A stretch of DNA of 64,000 bases, from positions 1 through 64,000 of the IMG/VR virus record IMGVR_UViG_3300020431_000008; one strand, given 5' to 3'. The position numbers and the translations under genes are program-made. Within the stretch, counting starts at the first letter, position 1. Every line of letters starts with the position of its first letter. The notes beneath the pieces were generated by a model, which saw only the letters and a list, made by a program, of their open reading frames with translations, ran no database searches and was not told the origin of the DNA. Source of the stretch: a virus (Duplodnaviria; Caudoviricetes). Below are positions 35,007-42,976 of this stretch, piece after piece.

Positions 35007-35381
35007 TTACTCACTAATCTCTTCGTATGAACAAGTTGCGCTTAAGTCGCCAGCAACACTTGCCTGAACATATAATGACATATCTTCCTCTAAGTAAATT
35101 GAAGTATCTTTTGAAATAACAACCAAAGTTGCATCTCCAGGTACACTAATTGTATTTGCTAATGTGGAAAAGGTACTATTGCCAGCAGCATTTCTGAGTG
35201 TTACAGTTATATCAGCAGCGTTTGATCCATCAATATTGGCAATTATCAATGAATTTATTTTAAATATTTTTCCTGATGATGCAGCATTATTTACAAGAGA
35301 AGCGGCACTTGACGCAATATCAGCATCATATGCAGTCTTTCCATATATACTTGCAACAGATACTATATTTGGATTCGCCAT
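35007..35381 (-). CDS. Small beta-rich fibre-associated protein
   Basis: MANPNIVSVASIYGKT...KINSLIIANIDG...SYEEIS; GGAG SD and late box upstream. Confidence 0.75.
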   Translation of the reverse strand: MANPNIVSVASIYGKTAYDADIASSAASLVNNAASSGKIFKINSLIIANIDGSNAADITVTLRNAAGNSTFSTLANTISVPGDATLVVISKDTSIYLEEDMSLYVQASVAGDLSATCSYEEISE

Positions 35382-35414
35382 TATTTAAATTCTCCTTTGT
35401 ATATTTATTTAGAA

Positions 35415-38066
35415 TTAGCCAAAAACCATTGCTAACGCAATTGACTTTCCTGCAGTGATACCGCCACCTCCTCCACCACCAGAAGAAGCAAGCGTTATGG
35501 TATCTGTACTTGCATCAGTAGTAATGGTCATATTACTACCAGCAACAAGTGTTAAGGTGTCAGTAGCACTATCAGCAACTACATCACTTTGTCCAGAGAC
35601 TGAAATAGTTTTAAATGAATCTGAAGCACTTCCACCTCCACCAGAAATGGTAACCTCAGAAATACCAGTAATTCTACCATTAGCATCTACAGTAATGGCA
35701 GCAACATTAGATGCATCCCCATAAGTAGCAGCAGAAGCCCCAGTCAATCCTGTAAGATTAGCACCACTAGAAGCAGGCAAAGTCGCAGGGAATCTAGCAT
35801 CAGGAATAGTTCCAGAACCTAAGTTTGATGCATTCAATGAAGTAAGACTTGCACCACTTCCATCACTTAGAAGAAGTGTTCCTGCAGTTGCTGGAAGTTT
35901 TATAATTGGATTTCCACTAAAATCACCATGATCCGGTGCTTGAAGTCTGGCATAATGTACATTGTTTGACTCACAATATAAATCAAGTCTACCAGAAGTT
36001 CCATCATCACTTTTGATAGAAACAATATTTGTTGCAGTAATAATACCAGTGGTGTTGATAGAAACTGTCGTACCAATTCCAACTGATGCTTTCTTTCCCT
36101 CTCTGTCACTAAAAGAAATTTCTCCTGAAGTAGACTGATGTATTCTAACAGTTGTTGCAGTACCAATAATAATTTCATCAATACCTTCAATTTTTTTTGC
36201 AATTGGATCTAGAGTGATTGATCCTTGACCAATAGTAAGAACACCAGTAACCCTAGCATCACCATCAACTAGTAGTGTAGTTGATCCAACCCCAAGATGA
36301 ATTGTACCAATACCAGTACTGATTGTAGAGACACCTACTACATTAATACCTCCTGCCAGAACATCAATACCAGTTCTTGCAGTTATAAGACCAACAGAGT
36401 CAATGTTAGTTACATCATCATAAGTAATTGTTCCACCAACACTCAGATTACCAGTAAACTGACCATCACCAGCAACATGAAGAGCAAAGTCAGTTCTTGC
36501 AGTAGCACCAATACCAACATTTTTCGTTGTGTGAATACCGGCAGATCCCACTGTCCAAGTTCCTCCCGCACCAGTCCCACCACCACTCGGAGCAAATTTA
36601 AATTTCTTATGCTTATCCTCTCCAGTTTGACTTAAGTCAATCTGAAGAACCATTCCATCATAGGCATTGATGTTTGTAGTAATGCCTGCGATATCGTCAA
36701 GATATTGAAGTCTCGTTTCTCCACCACCGCCTATGGTAGAGAGTTGAGTTGTGATTCTATTGATGAATAATCTATAATGATTTGATAGATCGTCAAGAGT
36801 TGCAAAATTCTGATCAAGTGGTGTTATTGGATCAGTTTGTCCACCTGCCTTTTCTTTTACTGATGGTGGTTCATTGAGAAGATAATTTTCTTCTAATGTT
36901 TTTTGATCTTTTTTGATTAAAGATGATATCTTATTTAATTCTTTCAGTCCCAATTTCAATGAGAATATATCATCCTTGATATTTGAGATATCATCATCAT
37001 AGTATTTAACTTTGGGTAAAAGTGAAACCTCCTCCTTCAAATTATTGAAAAACTGAAAAAGTGTTTCGTCTGTTTTTACACTTTGCTCATTAAATTCTTT
37101 GATTTCACTCTTAAGAGATTGCTTTAATTTATTTTGCTCACCAAGAATAGATTTTTTTAATTTCTTATCATCATCTTTAAACTCTCTATGATATTCCCAA
37201 ATTTTTAACGATGATTTGCTGAGTTCAGAATATATATTACACTTTGTTTCTTCTAATTTAGAATTTGTAGTCTTAATGCTTTCATTTAGACTTTCACTTA
37301 AGTTTTTAACATTAATATTTTGTTCAAATTCTTTAACACTGATTGTTTCAGAGAGTTCGGATACCTCTGATTCAATTTTATTTTTAATTGATGATAAATG
37401 ACCTTGAACTTTTTCAAAATCTTCATCAATAGTGTTAAAAGTATTTCCAATCCATCTAAAGTCAGGAACATCACGATCTTTAACTTCTTTTAATTGCTCA
37501 TTAAGTGACTGTATGTCATCATCATATTGTTTGATTTCTGGAAGATTTTCAATTCCTTCAAAAATTTGTTGAATTTGTTGACAAATTGATTCAATATCTG
37601 AATCATAATACTTAATTTCTGGAACTTGGGGTATTTTTGATTCAATTTCAGATAATTTTACCTTTAATTCCTCATTTCTTTCATCTAACTCATAAATTTT
37701 ATCACTTTTAACATCGAACAGTGACAAATTTTCTTGAATTTCGACAATCTTTTCACTTATTTCGCATAATTCTGTATCATAATATTTAATTTCAGGTATT
37801 TCAGGTATATTTTTTCTTACATCATTAACCAGACGCACTAATTCTGACCATTCAGGTGCTTTTATAAGATCAACTACTTCTAAAGATGACCCATCATCTA
37901 CATTTTCTGTGGTTTGAGTATCTTCTTCAATAATATTTTGATTTGATTCTGAAATATATTCTTCTACTGAAGGAAATACTTCCTTCTTTCCCATCAAATC
38001 CTTATAAGATGGTAAATCATTACTTCCAAGGTAATCATTTATTGATGGCAGATCTTTTTTAGACAT
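35415..38066 (-). CDS. 883-aa protein: coiled-coil N-half with P(E/K)(I/V)K(Y/Q)YD repeats plus tail-fibre-like C-half
   Basis: IPEIKYYD, VPEIKYYD, LPEIKQYD, LPKVKYYD; C-half has GIGT/TGIITAT fibre repeats and ends GKSIALAMVFG. Confidence 0.8.
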   Translation of the reverse strand: MSKKDLPSINDYLGSNDLPSYKDLMGKKEVFPSVEEYISESNQNIIEEDTQTTENVDDGSSLEVVDLIKAPEWSELVRLVNDVRKNIPEIPEIKYYDTELCEISEKIVEIQENLSLFDVKSDKIYELDERNEELKVKLSEIESKIPQVPEIKYYDSDIESICQQIQQIFEGIENLPEIKQYDDDIQSLNEQLKEVKDRDVPDFRWIGNTFNTIDEDFEKVQGHLSSIKNKIESEVSELSETISVKEFEQNINVKNLSESLNESIKTTNSKLEETKCNIYSELSKSSLKIWEYHREFKDDDKKLKKSILGEQNKLKQSLKSEIKEFNEQSVKTDETLFQFFNNLKEEVSLLPKVKYYDDDISNIKDDIFSLKLGLKELNKISSLIKKDQKTLEENYLLNEPPSVKEKAGGQTDPITPLDQNFATLDDLSNHYRLFINRITTQLSTIGGGGETRLQYLDDIAGITTNINAYDGMVLQIDLSQTGEDKHKKFKFAPSGGGTGAGGTWTVGSAGIHTTKNVGIGATARTDFALHVAGDGQFTGNLSVGGTITYDDVTNIDSVGLITARTGIDVLAGGINVVGVSTISTGIGTIHLGVGSTTLLVDGDARVTGVLTIGQGSITLDPIAKKIEGIDEIIIGTATTVRIHQSTSGEISFSDREGKKASVGIGTTVSINTTGIITATNIVSIKSDDGTSGRLDLYCESNNVHYARLQAPDHGDFSGNPIIKLPATAGTLLLSDGSGASLTSLNASNLGSGTIPDARFPATLPASSGANLTGLTGASAATYGDASNVAAITVDANGRITGISEVTISGGGGSASDSFKTISVSGQSDVVADSATDTLTLVAGSNMTITTDASTDTITLASSGGGGGGGITAGKSIALAMVFG

Positions 38067-38108
38067 TTTATAAGTAAATAATACTTTAGGATTTCTCTCC
38101 CTGAGTAT

Positions 38109-38116
38109 TATTTATA
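38109..38116 (-). promoter_or_regulatory. Late promoter TATAAATA for the fibre cassette
   Basis: Exact consensus, followed by a small hairpin AATACT..AGGGA-GAGAAA-TCCT..AGTATT. Confidence 0.75.
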
Positions 38117-38133
38117 CTGTAATCATATAATAG

Positions 38134-38565
38134 TCAATCTTCTTTTTGTTGTTTTGCCCATTCATCGGGTATTAAATTATGCTTATTTTTAAACTGATTA
38201 TGCAATTGAGTGGGAGTTATCTTATATTCAGAGCAAATACCTCTCATCAACCTATCAATTGACTTATAGGAGGCATTTTTGAGGTTTAATAATTCTTTTT
38301 CAAGAACTATTATTGCTTTTGAGATCTTATCTTCATCTTTTTTGACCTCTGAAAACAAAAATGTCTCAAAAACTTTTGCACTTTTTAATAATTGTTCTTT
38401 TTCTTTTGATTTTTTATTACTCTTTTTTTCAATCTTCTTTTTTTCTTCACTTAAACTTGCGAAAAGATCTCCTAGAGACACTTCTCCAATTAATTCTTTC
38501 TTCTTTTTTTCTTTTTGCTTCTTCTCTTCACTAACAAGACTGAAGAAATCTCCTAAATTACTCAT
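38134..38565 (-). CDS. Hypothetical protein (143 aa) with an internal repeat
   Basis: LGDFFSLVSEEKK / LGDLFASLSEEKK. Confidence 0.7.
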   Translation of the reverse strand: MSNLGDFFSLVSEEKKQKEKKKKELIGEVSLGDLFASLSEEKKKIEKKSNKKSKEKEQLLKSAKVFETFLFSEVKKDEDKISKAIIVLEKELLNLKNASYKSIDRLMRGICSEYKITPTQLHNQFKNKHNLIPDEWAKQQKED

Positions 38566-38590
38566 TTTATAAGCAAAAAATTTCTTTTTA

Positions 38591-39013
38591 TTATTTATCT
38601 TGTTGAGCTTGCTTCAACATTTTCTGAAGGTCAGCAGTGGAACCAACAAATAAAGCATTGTTAACTGTAGTGGGTCCTTTTTGGTCCTTTTCTTCACTAA
38701 CATCCTTCAGTTTCTTTTGAAGATCCATCAGTTTGTCTGTTGCATCTGAAACACTTTTGATTAATTGACCAGCAACTTCATATGCCCTGGGCATTTCACT
38801 CTCTTGAGCAAGTTCAAGAATACCATTTATAGCTTCTTGACCCTTTTCAATGATTGAATACAAATTACCCCTGGTATATTCATAGTCTTTACGAATATCT
38901 TCTGAGGTGCTTTTAATTTTTTGGATTTTTTCATCAAAATCCTCCTTCTTTACTTCTAGTGTTGTTGGCGTAACATCAAATGTTTCATTCAATTTATCAA
39001 ACTTGTCAGACAT
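38591..39013 (-). CDS. gp16: Terminase small subunit gp16
   Basis: KDYEYTRGNLY..IEKGQEA...A...E.PRAYEV..QLIK...NNALFVGSTADLQK. Confidence 0.93.
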   Translation of the reverse strand: MSDKFDKLNETFDVTPTTLEVKKEDFDEKIQKIKSTSEDIRKDYEYTRGNLYSIIEKGQEAINGILELAQESEMPRAYEVAGQLIKSVSDATDKLMDLQKKLKDVSEEKDQKGPTTVNNALFVGSTADLQKMLKQAQQDK

Positions 39014-39026
39014 GATTCAATCTCCA

Positions 39027-40037
39027 TCAAAAGGTGTTGCCATCAAATCCAAAATCGTCTCCTGATTCAATGTATGTTGCATCTATTTTAGTGATACTGT
39101 AAATTGCAGCACCTGATGCATGAATTTGTGGTTTTGTGTTATCTTGAGCTCTCCTGACAGTGATCCTATTTCCACTGATATCTTTAATGTACATATTCTC
39201 TTGTCCAATGTAGACATAAGATCCAACAGGGACTAATGTCCCATCATCAACTGTAATTACAGTTTCGTCTTTTTCAACATTAACCGCAAGTTGAGTTAGT
39301 AATGACTCATCATAGTCTTTAGTTGCTCTTGGTTCAACCTTGTAACTAACATCTCTTGAATATGTTGTTCCTGATGCAGTTGCTTTTGTTCCAGAAATAT
39401 AACCAACCTGGACTTTCTTAATGACATCACCAGTGACATCAGATATAGGACCATACAACATGGTTTTTGCAGTGAATCTTATTGTATATACAAGTGATCT
39501 TCTTGTATCAAAGTTTCCTTCATAGTCATCTTCCATAGAAATGGATTCAAGTTGAACAGGAACATTTTGTACTTCTTTTAGTTCACCTAAAAACTTGATA
39601 GGAAGGGTGTATGCAGGTTGAAAATATGGTAAAATTTGCTCTACAATTTGAAGCATATCATCATTGAGTTTGGTCATAATAGACAACTCAATAGTCATAT
39701 TGTAAGGTACAGGCATAAAAACCTTTTTGACCTTCTCACCATTATCAGTTACAACATAAAATGCTTGTGTTTGAGTAGCCTTTCTAGAAGGATCATACTG
39801 TAGATCAGTAAACTCAAAAGACATTCTAGGAAGAGTGATCTGAACTGGTTTGTTCAGGTCTCTTTCCTGCTCTAATCTAGCAAGAAACTTCTGTGTGGGT
39901 CCATAAGCAAGAGGGACTTTGACTACACTGAATACATCTTGGCTAGAATCTTTCTGCTTGATCTCAATGCCATTGAAGAGAGATCCAAATCCAATAATTA
40001 CGGATCTGAAAATCTCATTATAGAAATATTCAAACAT
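39027..40037 (-). CDS. gp15: Tail sheath stabiliser / completion protein gp15
   Basis: FYNEIFR...FGSLFN, KVPLAYGPTQKFLAR, LPRMSFE, PVPYN, QILPYFQP. Confidence 0.95.
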   Translation of the reverse strand: MFEYFYNEIFRSVIIGFGSLFNGIEIKQKDSSQDVFSVVKVPLAYGPTQKFLARLEQERDLNKPVQITLPRMSFEFTDLQYDPSRKATQTQAFYVVTDNGEKVKKVFMPVPYNMTIELSIMTKLNDDMLQIVEQILPYFQPAYTLPIKFLGELKEVQNVPVQLESISMEDDYEGNFDTRRSLVYTIRFTAKTMLYGPISDVTGDVIKKVQVGYISGTKATASGTTYSRDVSYKVEPRATKDYDESLLTQLAVNVEKDETVITVDDGTLVPVGSYVYIGQENMYIKDISGNRITVRRAQDNTKPQIHASGAAIYSITKIDATYIESGDDFGFDGNTF

Positions 40038-40066
40038 TGTTACAACTTGACTATACTTCTATTTAG

Positions 40067-41470
40067 TTAAGGCATTCCAAATGGATTTCTGGTATTGAAA
40101 TCAATGATTTGATCTGCTGCAAATTCAATATTATCATTGTCTGCATATGGTGAGACAAGATCATCTGTATTAAGAGAATTGATTACATGTGTAGCACCTG
40201 ATTCTTGACCAATAATTGTTTCTCCTATCCCATAAGTTCCAGAAACAATGGAAATCTCTAATGTATTAGCAGAAGCATCATATTGCTTAACTCTGGCTTC
40301 TGTAAGAGATGTCTGACCAATAACAACTTCATTGAATATAAAAGATCCACCAAATTCTGATCCAATACCTGAAGCAGAGGGGAATGTGACATTAGGTACA
40401 ATTGTATACCCACAACCAGCATTAGTTATACAGACATATGTGACTATTCCTGCTTTATTAACTACACCAGTTCCAGTAGCAGTTATAAATCCAGAATTAG
40501 TTGCTCCTGTATACCCAATTGAAATATCTACATTACCTGTATAACCAGATCCAACATTGGTAACATTAATAAATTGTACTGAACCACCTGTGCATATACC
40601 TGTTGTAGCAGCAGCACCAGTTCCTCCACCACCTTCGAAGGTGACCATAGGTTCAACTGTATACCCACAACCACTATTAGTCATACAAACTGTGAATACC
40701 TTACCAGTACCAATACCTTTACATCCAATGTATTGATCTGTAATTGTTACAATACCCTCTGCTGTTACACCACCAGATGGGGCAGAACTAAATGCAACAT
40801 GAGGAGTACTAGTGTATCCCCTTCCCATATTTGTGATATTGATGTTCTGGACAGAACCACTTGTGCATATTCCAGCAGCTGCAGTGGCAGTTGCTCCAAC
40901 TCCTATGAGACCAAGAGTTTGAATATATCCAAGTTGTTCAATTTCCTTATCAATCTCATCAATGCCAGTGTCTAGAACCTCATCCTCATATCTGAAGAGT
41001 TCACATCTTAACTGATAAACATAGTTCTTCTGTAGTTGATAGAAAGGTAATTCATGCTCTACATATTTAATCTCCATCAATCTATCCCCAAGAGGAAAAT
41101 AGACCAAATCGCCTTCTTTAGGTCTCTCTGCTAATTCAATATTAGGTAAATCTCTAATTAATGGAGTGATGTATGATTCATATCTTTCTCTTGATATAAT
41201 AAGAGTCAGATCGTCATTATTCTGAATACCAAACTTGGATAACAAAGTTCCTTGACCGCCATATCCTTCATAGTTATCCACATATGCTTCAATTGGATAA
41301 GCACTAGTAAATTCAGATTGAATGACCTCTTTAATTACAGTGTTCTTTTTTAAATATTTTCTAGGAATATAATATACTTCAACGCCATACATCTTCAATT
41401 GTTCATTGACCAGACTCTGAATCAGACCCTGTTCACCTTTACTGCCGTTTAGAAAAAATGGATTGAGCAT
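40067..41470 (-). CDS. gp14: Neck protein gp14 with inserted NxGxGY repeats
   Basis: EQGLIQSLVNEQLKMYGVEVYYIPR, RPKEGDLVYFP, FYQL....VY.LRCELF, NPFG. Confidence 0.95.
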   Translation of the reverse strand: MLNPFFLNGSKGEQGLIQSLVNEQLKMYGVEVYYIPRKYLKKNTVIKEVIQSEFTSAYPIEAYVDNYEGYGGQGTLLSKFGIQNNDDLTLIISRERYESYITPLIRDLPNIELAERPKEGDLVYFPLGDRLMEIKYVEHELPFYQLQKNYVYQLRCELFRYEDEVLDTGIDEIDKEIEQLGYIQTLGLIGVGATATAAAGICTSGSVQNINITNMGRGYTSTPHVAFSSAPSGGVTAEGIVTITDQYIGCKGIGTGKVFTVCMTNSGCGYTVEPMVTFEGGGGTGAAATTGICTGGSVQFINVTNVGSGYTGNVDISIGYTGATNSGFITATGTGVVNKAGIVTYVCITNAGCGYTIVPNVTFPSASGIGSEFGGSFIFNEVVIGQTSLTEARVKQYDASANTLEISIVSGTYGIGETIIGQESGATHVINSLNTDDLVSPYADNDNIEFAADQIIDFNTRNPFGMP

Positions 41471-41474
41471 AACA

Positions 41475-42347
41475 TCAACCTATAAGATCTAATGGTGGAA
41501 GTTCATAAGTACTCATCATCTTTTGTTTAATTTCATCAAGTTCTCTTTGTCCATCGTCAAATATTGCTCTACCATTAAACTCAAGACCACCAGGCAATTT
41601 AACACCTTGGAACTTGATAAGATTCTGCCCCCATTGTCTCTTAATAAGAGCAGTCAAATACGGTTTCAAGAAAGAATCATTCCAAACTCTTGCATATTCA
41701 TTGGGATCCATTGATCTCCAACAATCAAGAACAATAAATTCACCTTCTTTAAGAGTACTCCAGTCAATATCAAGATACATTCTATCTGACCTTTGATTAA
41801 ATCTAATCTGCTTGTGAGTATTGAGGACAAAATTCATTGTCTCCAAATAACTCATAGTCATATCATATGATAGAAGATCAAAACCACCTGATCCTCCCCA
41901 CGTTCCAAAATAATCACTAAGCATCAATTGATATTTTACATTCCACATCCCACTTCCACTGTAGGAACCATCAAATTGGAACACCTTATTGATTCCAATA
42001 ATATCTGGTGTTACTTGTATATAATTATTGTTCTCATAATATGTAAATGTTTTAGCAGTTCCTGCAATAGTTGATGAAGCACTAGTAGAAGTGATTCCTG
42101 TTGTTCCTGCACTACTTGTAGGAGCACCAGGAGGACGTGCTCTACCTCTATCTACATCTTCCTGAGAAATTCTGTATTTTAGATATACCTGTTCAACACC
42201 ATCAAAGTGTCTTTCTTGAAAAAACTGAATAGCGTCATCTACTAAGTCTTCAACTTGCTCTTCAGCAACATTGATTTCTAAGACAGGTGCTCCCAACTGT
42301 CTTAAGCAATAATCTATTAGTTCTTGTCGTGTAGTAGGTTGAGCCAT
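41475..42347 (-). CDS. gp13: Neck protein gp13
   Basis: RQELIDYCLRQLGAPVLEINV, LKPYLTALIKRQWGQNLIKF.G..LPGG..FNG. Confidence 0.95.
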   Translation of the reverse strand: MAQPTTRQELIDYCLRQLGAPVLEINVAEEQVEDLVDDAIQFFQERHFDGVEQVYLKYRISQEDVDRGRARPPGAPTSSAGTTGITSTSASSTIAGTAKTFTYYENNNYIQVTPDIIGINKVFQFDGSYSGSGMWNVKYQLMLSDYFGTWGGSGGFDLLSYDMTMSYLETMNFVLNTHKQIRFNQRSDRMYLDIDWSTLKEGEFIVLDCWRSMDPNEYARVWNDSFLKPYLTALIKRQWGQNLIKFQGVKLPGGLEFNGRAIFDDGQRELDEIKQKMMSTYELPPLDLIG

Positions 42348-42369
42348 TATACACTATATTTTTTACTAT

Positions 42370-42756
42370 TTATGGGGCAGATGAAATGCCACCTTGAACC
42401 AGTACGTATCCTTCTGCTAATCTGTAAAGACTTGATCCTGAACTGACAAGAATGTCATAAACATATCTTCCTGGTGTAATAGGATCAGTTTGTGTAGAAC
42501 CAAGGGAAATTTCAAATCTGCCAGAAGTTGCACTGGTAAATCCTACATTGAATGTAGCTACAGAAACTGATGAAGATCCAACAGAAACTGATTTGGTCAT
42601 CTGTGATGATCCACTATAACCAGTAAAATCAAAATCAGTGGAATCATTATTCTTTACATGGAATGTTGATCTAAAATCAGCACCACTAAAGACAGATAGG
42701 TTGACTCCATATGCTACACCAGCAGCAGGGTCAAATGTAATAGTATTATTTGCCAT
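42370..42756 (-). CDS. Small beta-rich virion protein (BppU-like)
   Basis: DFTGYSGSSQM...G.FEISLGSTQT..ITPGRYVYDILV pattern. Confidence 0.7.
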   Translation of the reverse strand: MANNTITFDPAAGVAYGVNLSVFSGADFRSTFHVKNNDSTDFDFTGYSGSSQMTKSVSVGSSSVSVATFNVGFTSATSGRFEISLGSTQTDPITPGRYVYDILVSSGSSLYRLAEGYVLVQGGISSAP

Positions 42757-42976
42757 TTTGCTTTATGATGGTTTGGAGCATTGATTTTATGTCGTTTATA
42801 TTGTCAGAAAGGTCATCAACTTTTTCTTCAAGATCATCAACTCTCTGCCTTTCAGAAGAGAGTTTATTCCTAGTATTCATATAGGATTGAAATTGAGACT
42901 GGTCAGTATTGATAACTGCTCTAGAATTTGAGTCTCTAAAGTAGTTATCTTTTCCTTCTACTGGTAATAAATTCAT
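42746..42976 (-). CDS. Hypothetical coiled-coil protein (76 aa)
   Basis: ORF track; TAATG overlap with the upstream giant gene. Confidence 0.7.
   Translation of the reverse strand: MNLLPVEGKDNYFRDSNSRAVINTDQSQFQSYMNTRNKLSSERQRVDDLEEKVDDLSDNINDIKSMLQTIIKQNGK

Noticed and set aside
36900-38600. Very AT-rich stretch as evidence of recent foreign DNA
   Set aside because: Largely explained by Lys/Glu/Ile/Asn-rich coiled-coil composition; codon-position GC was not computed.
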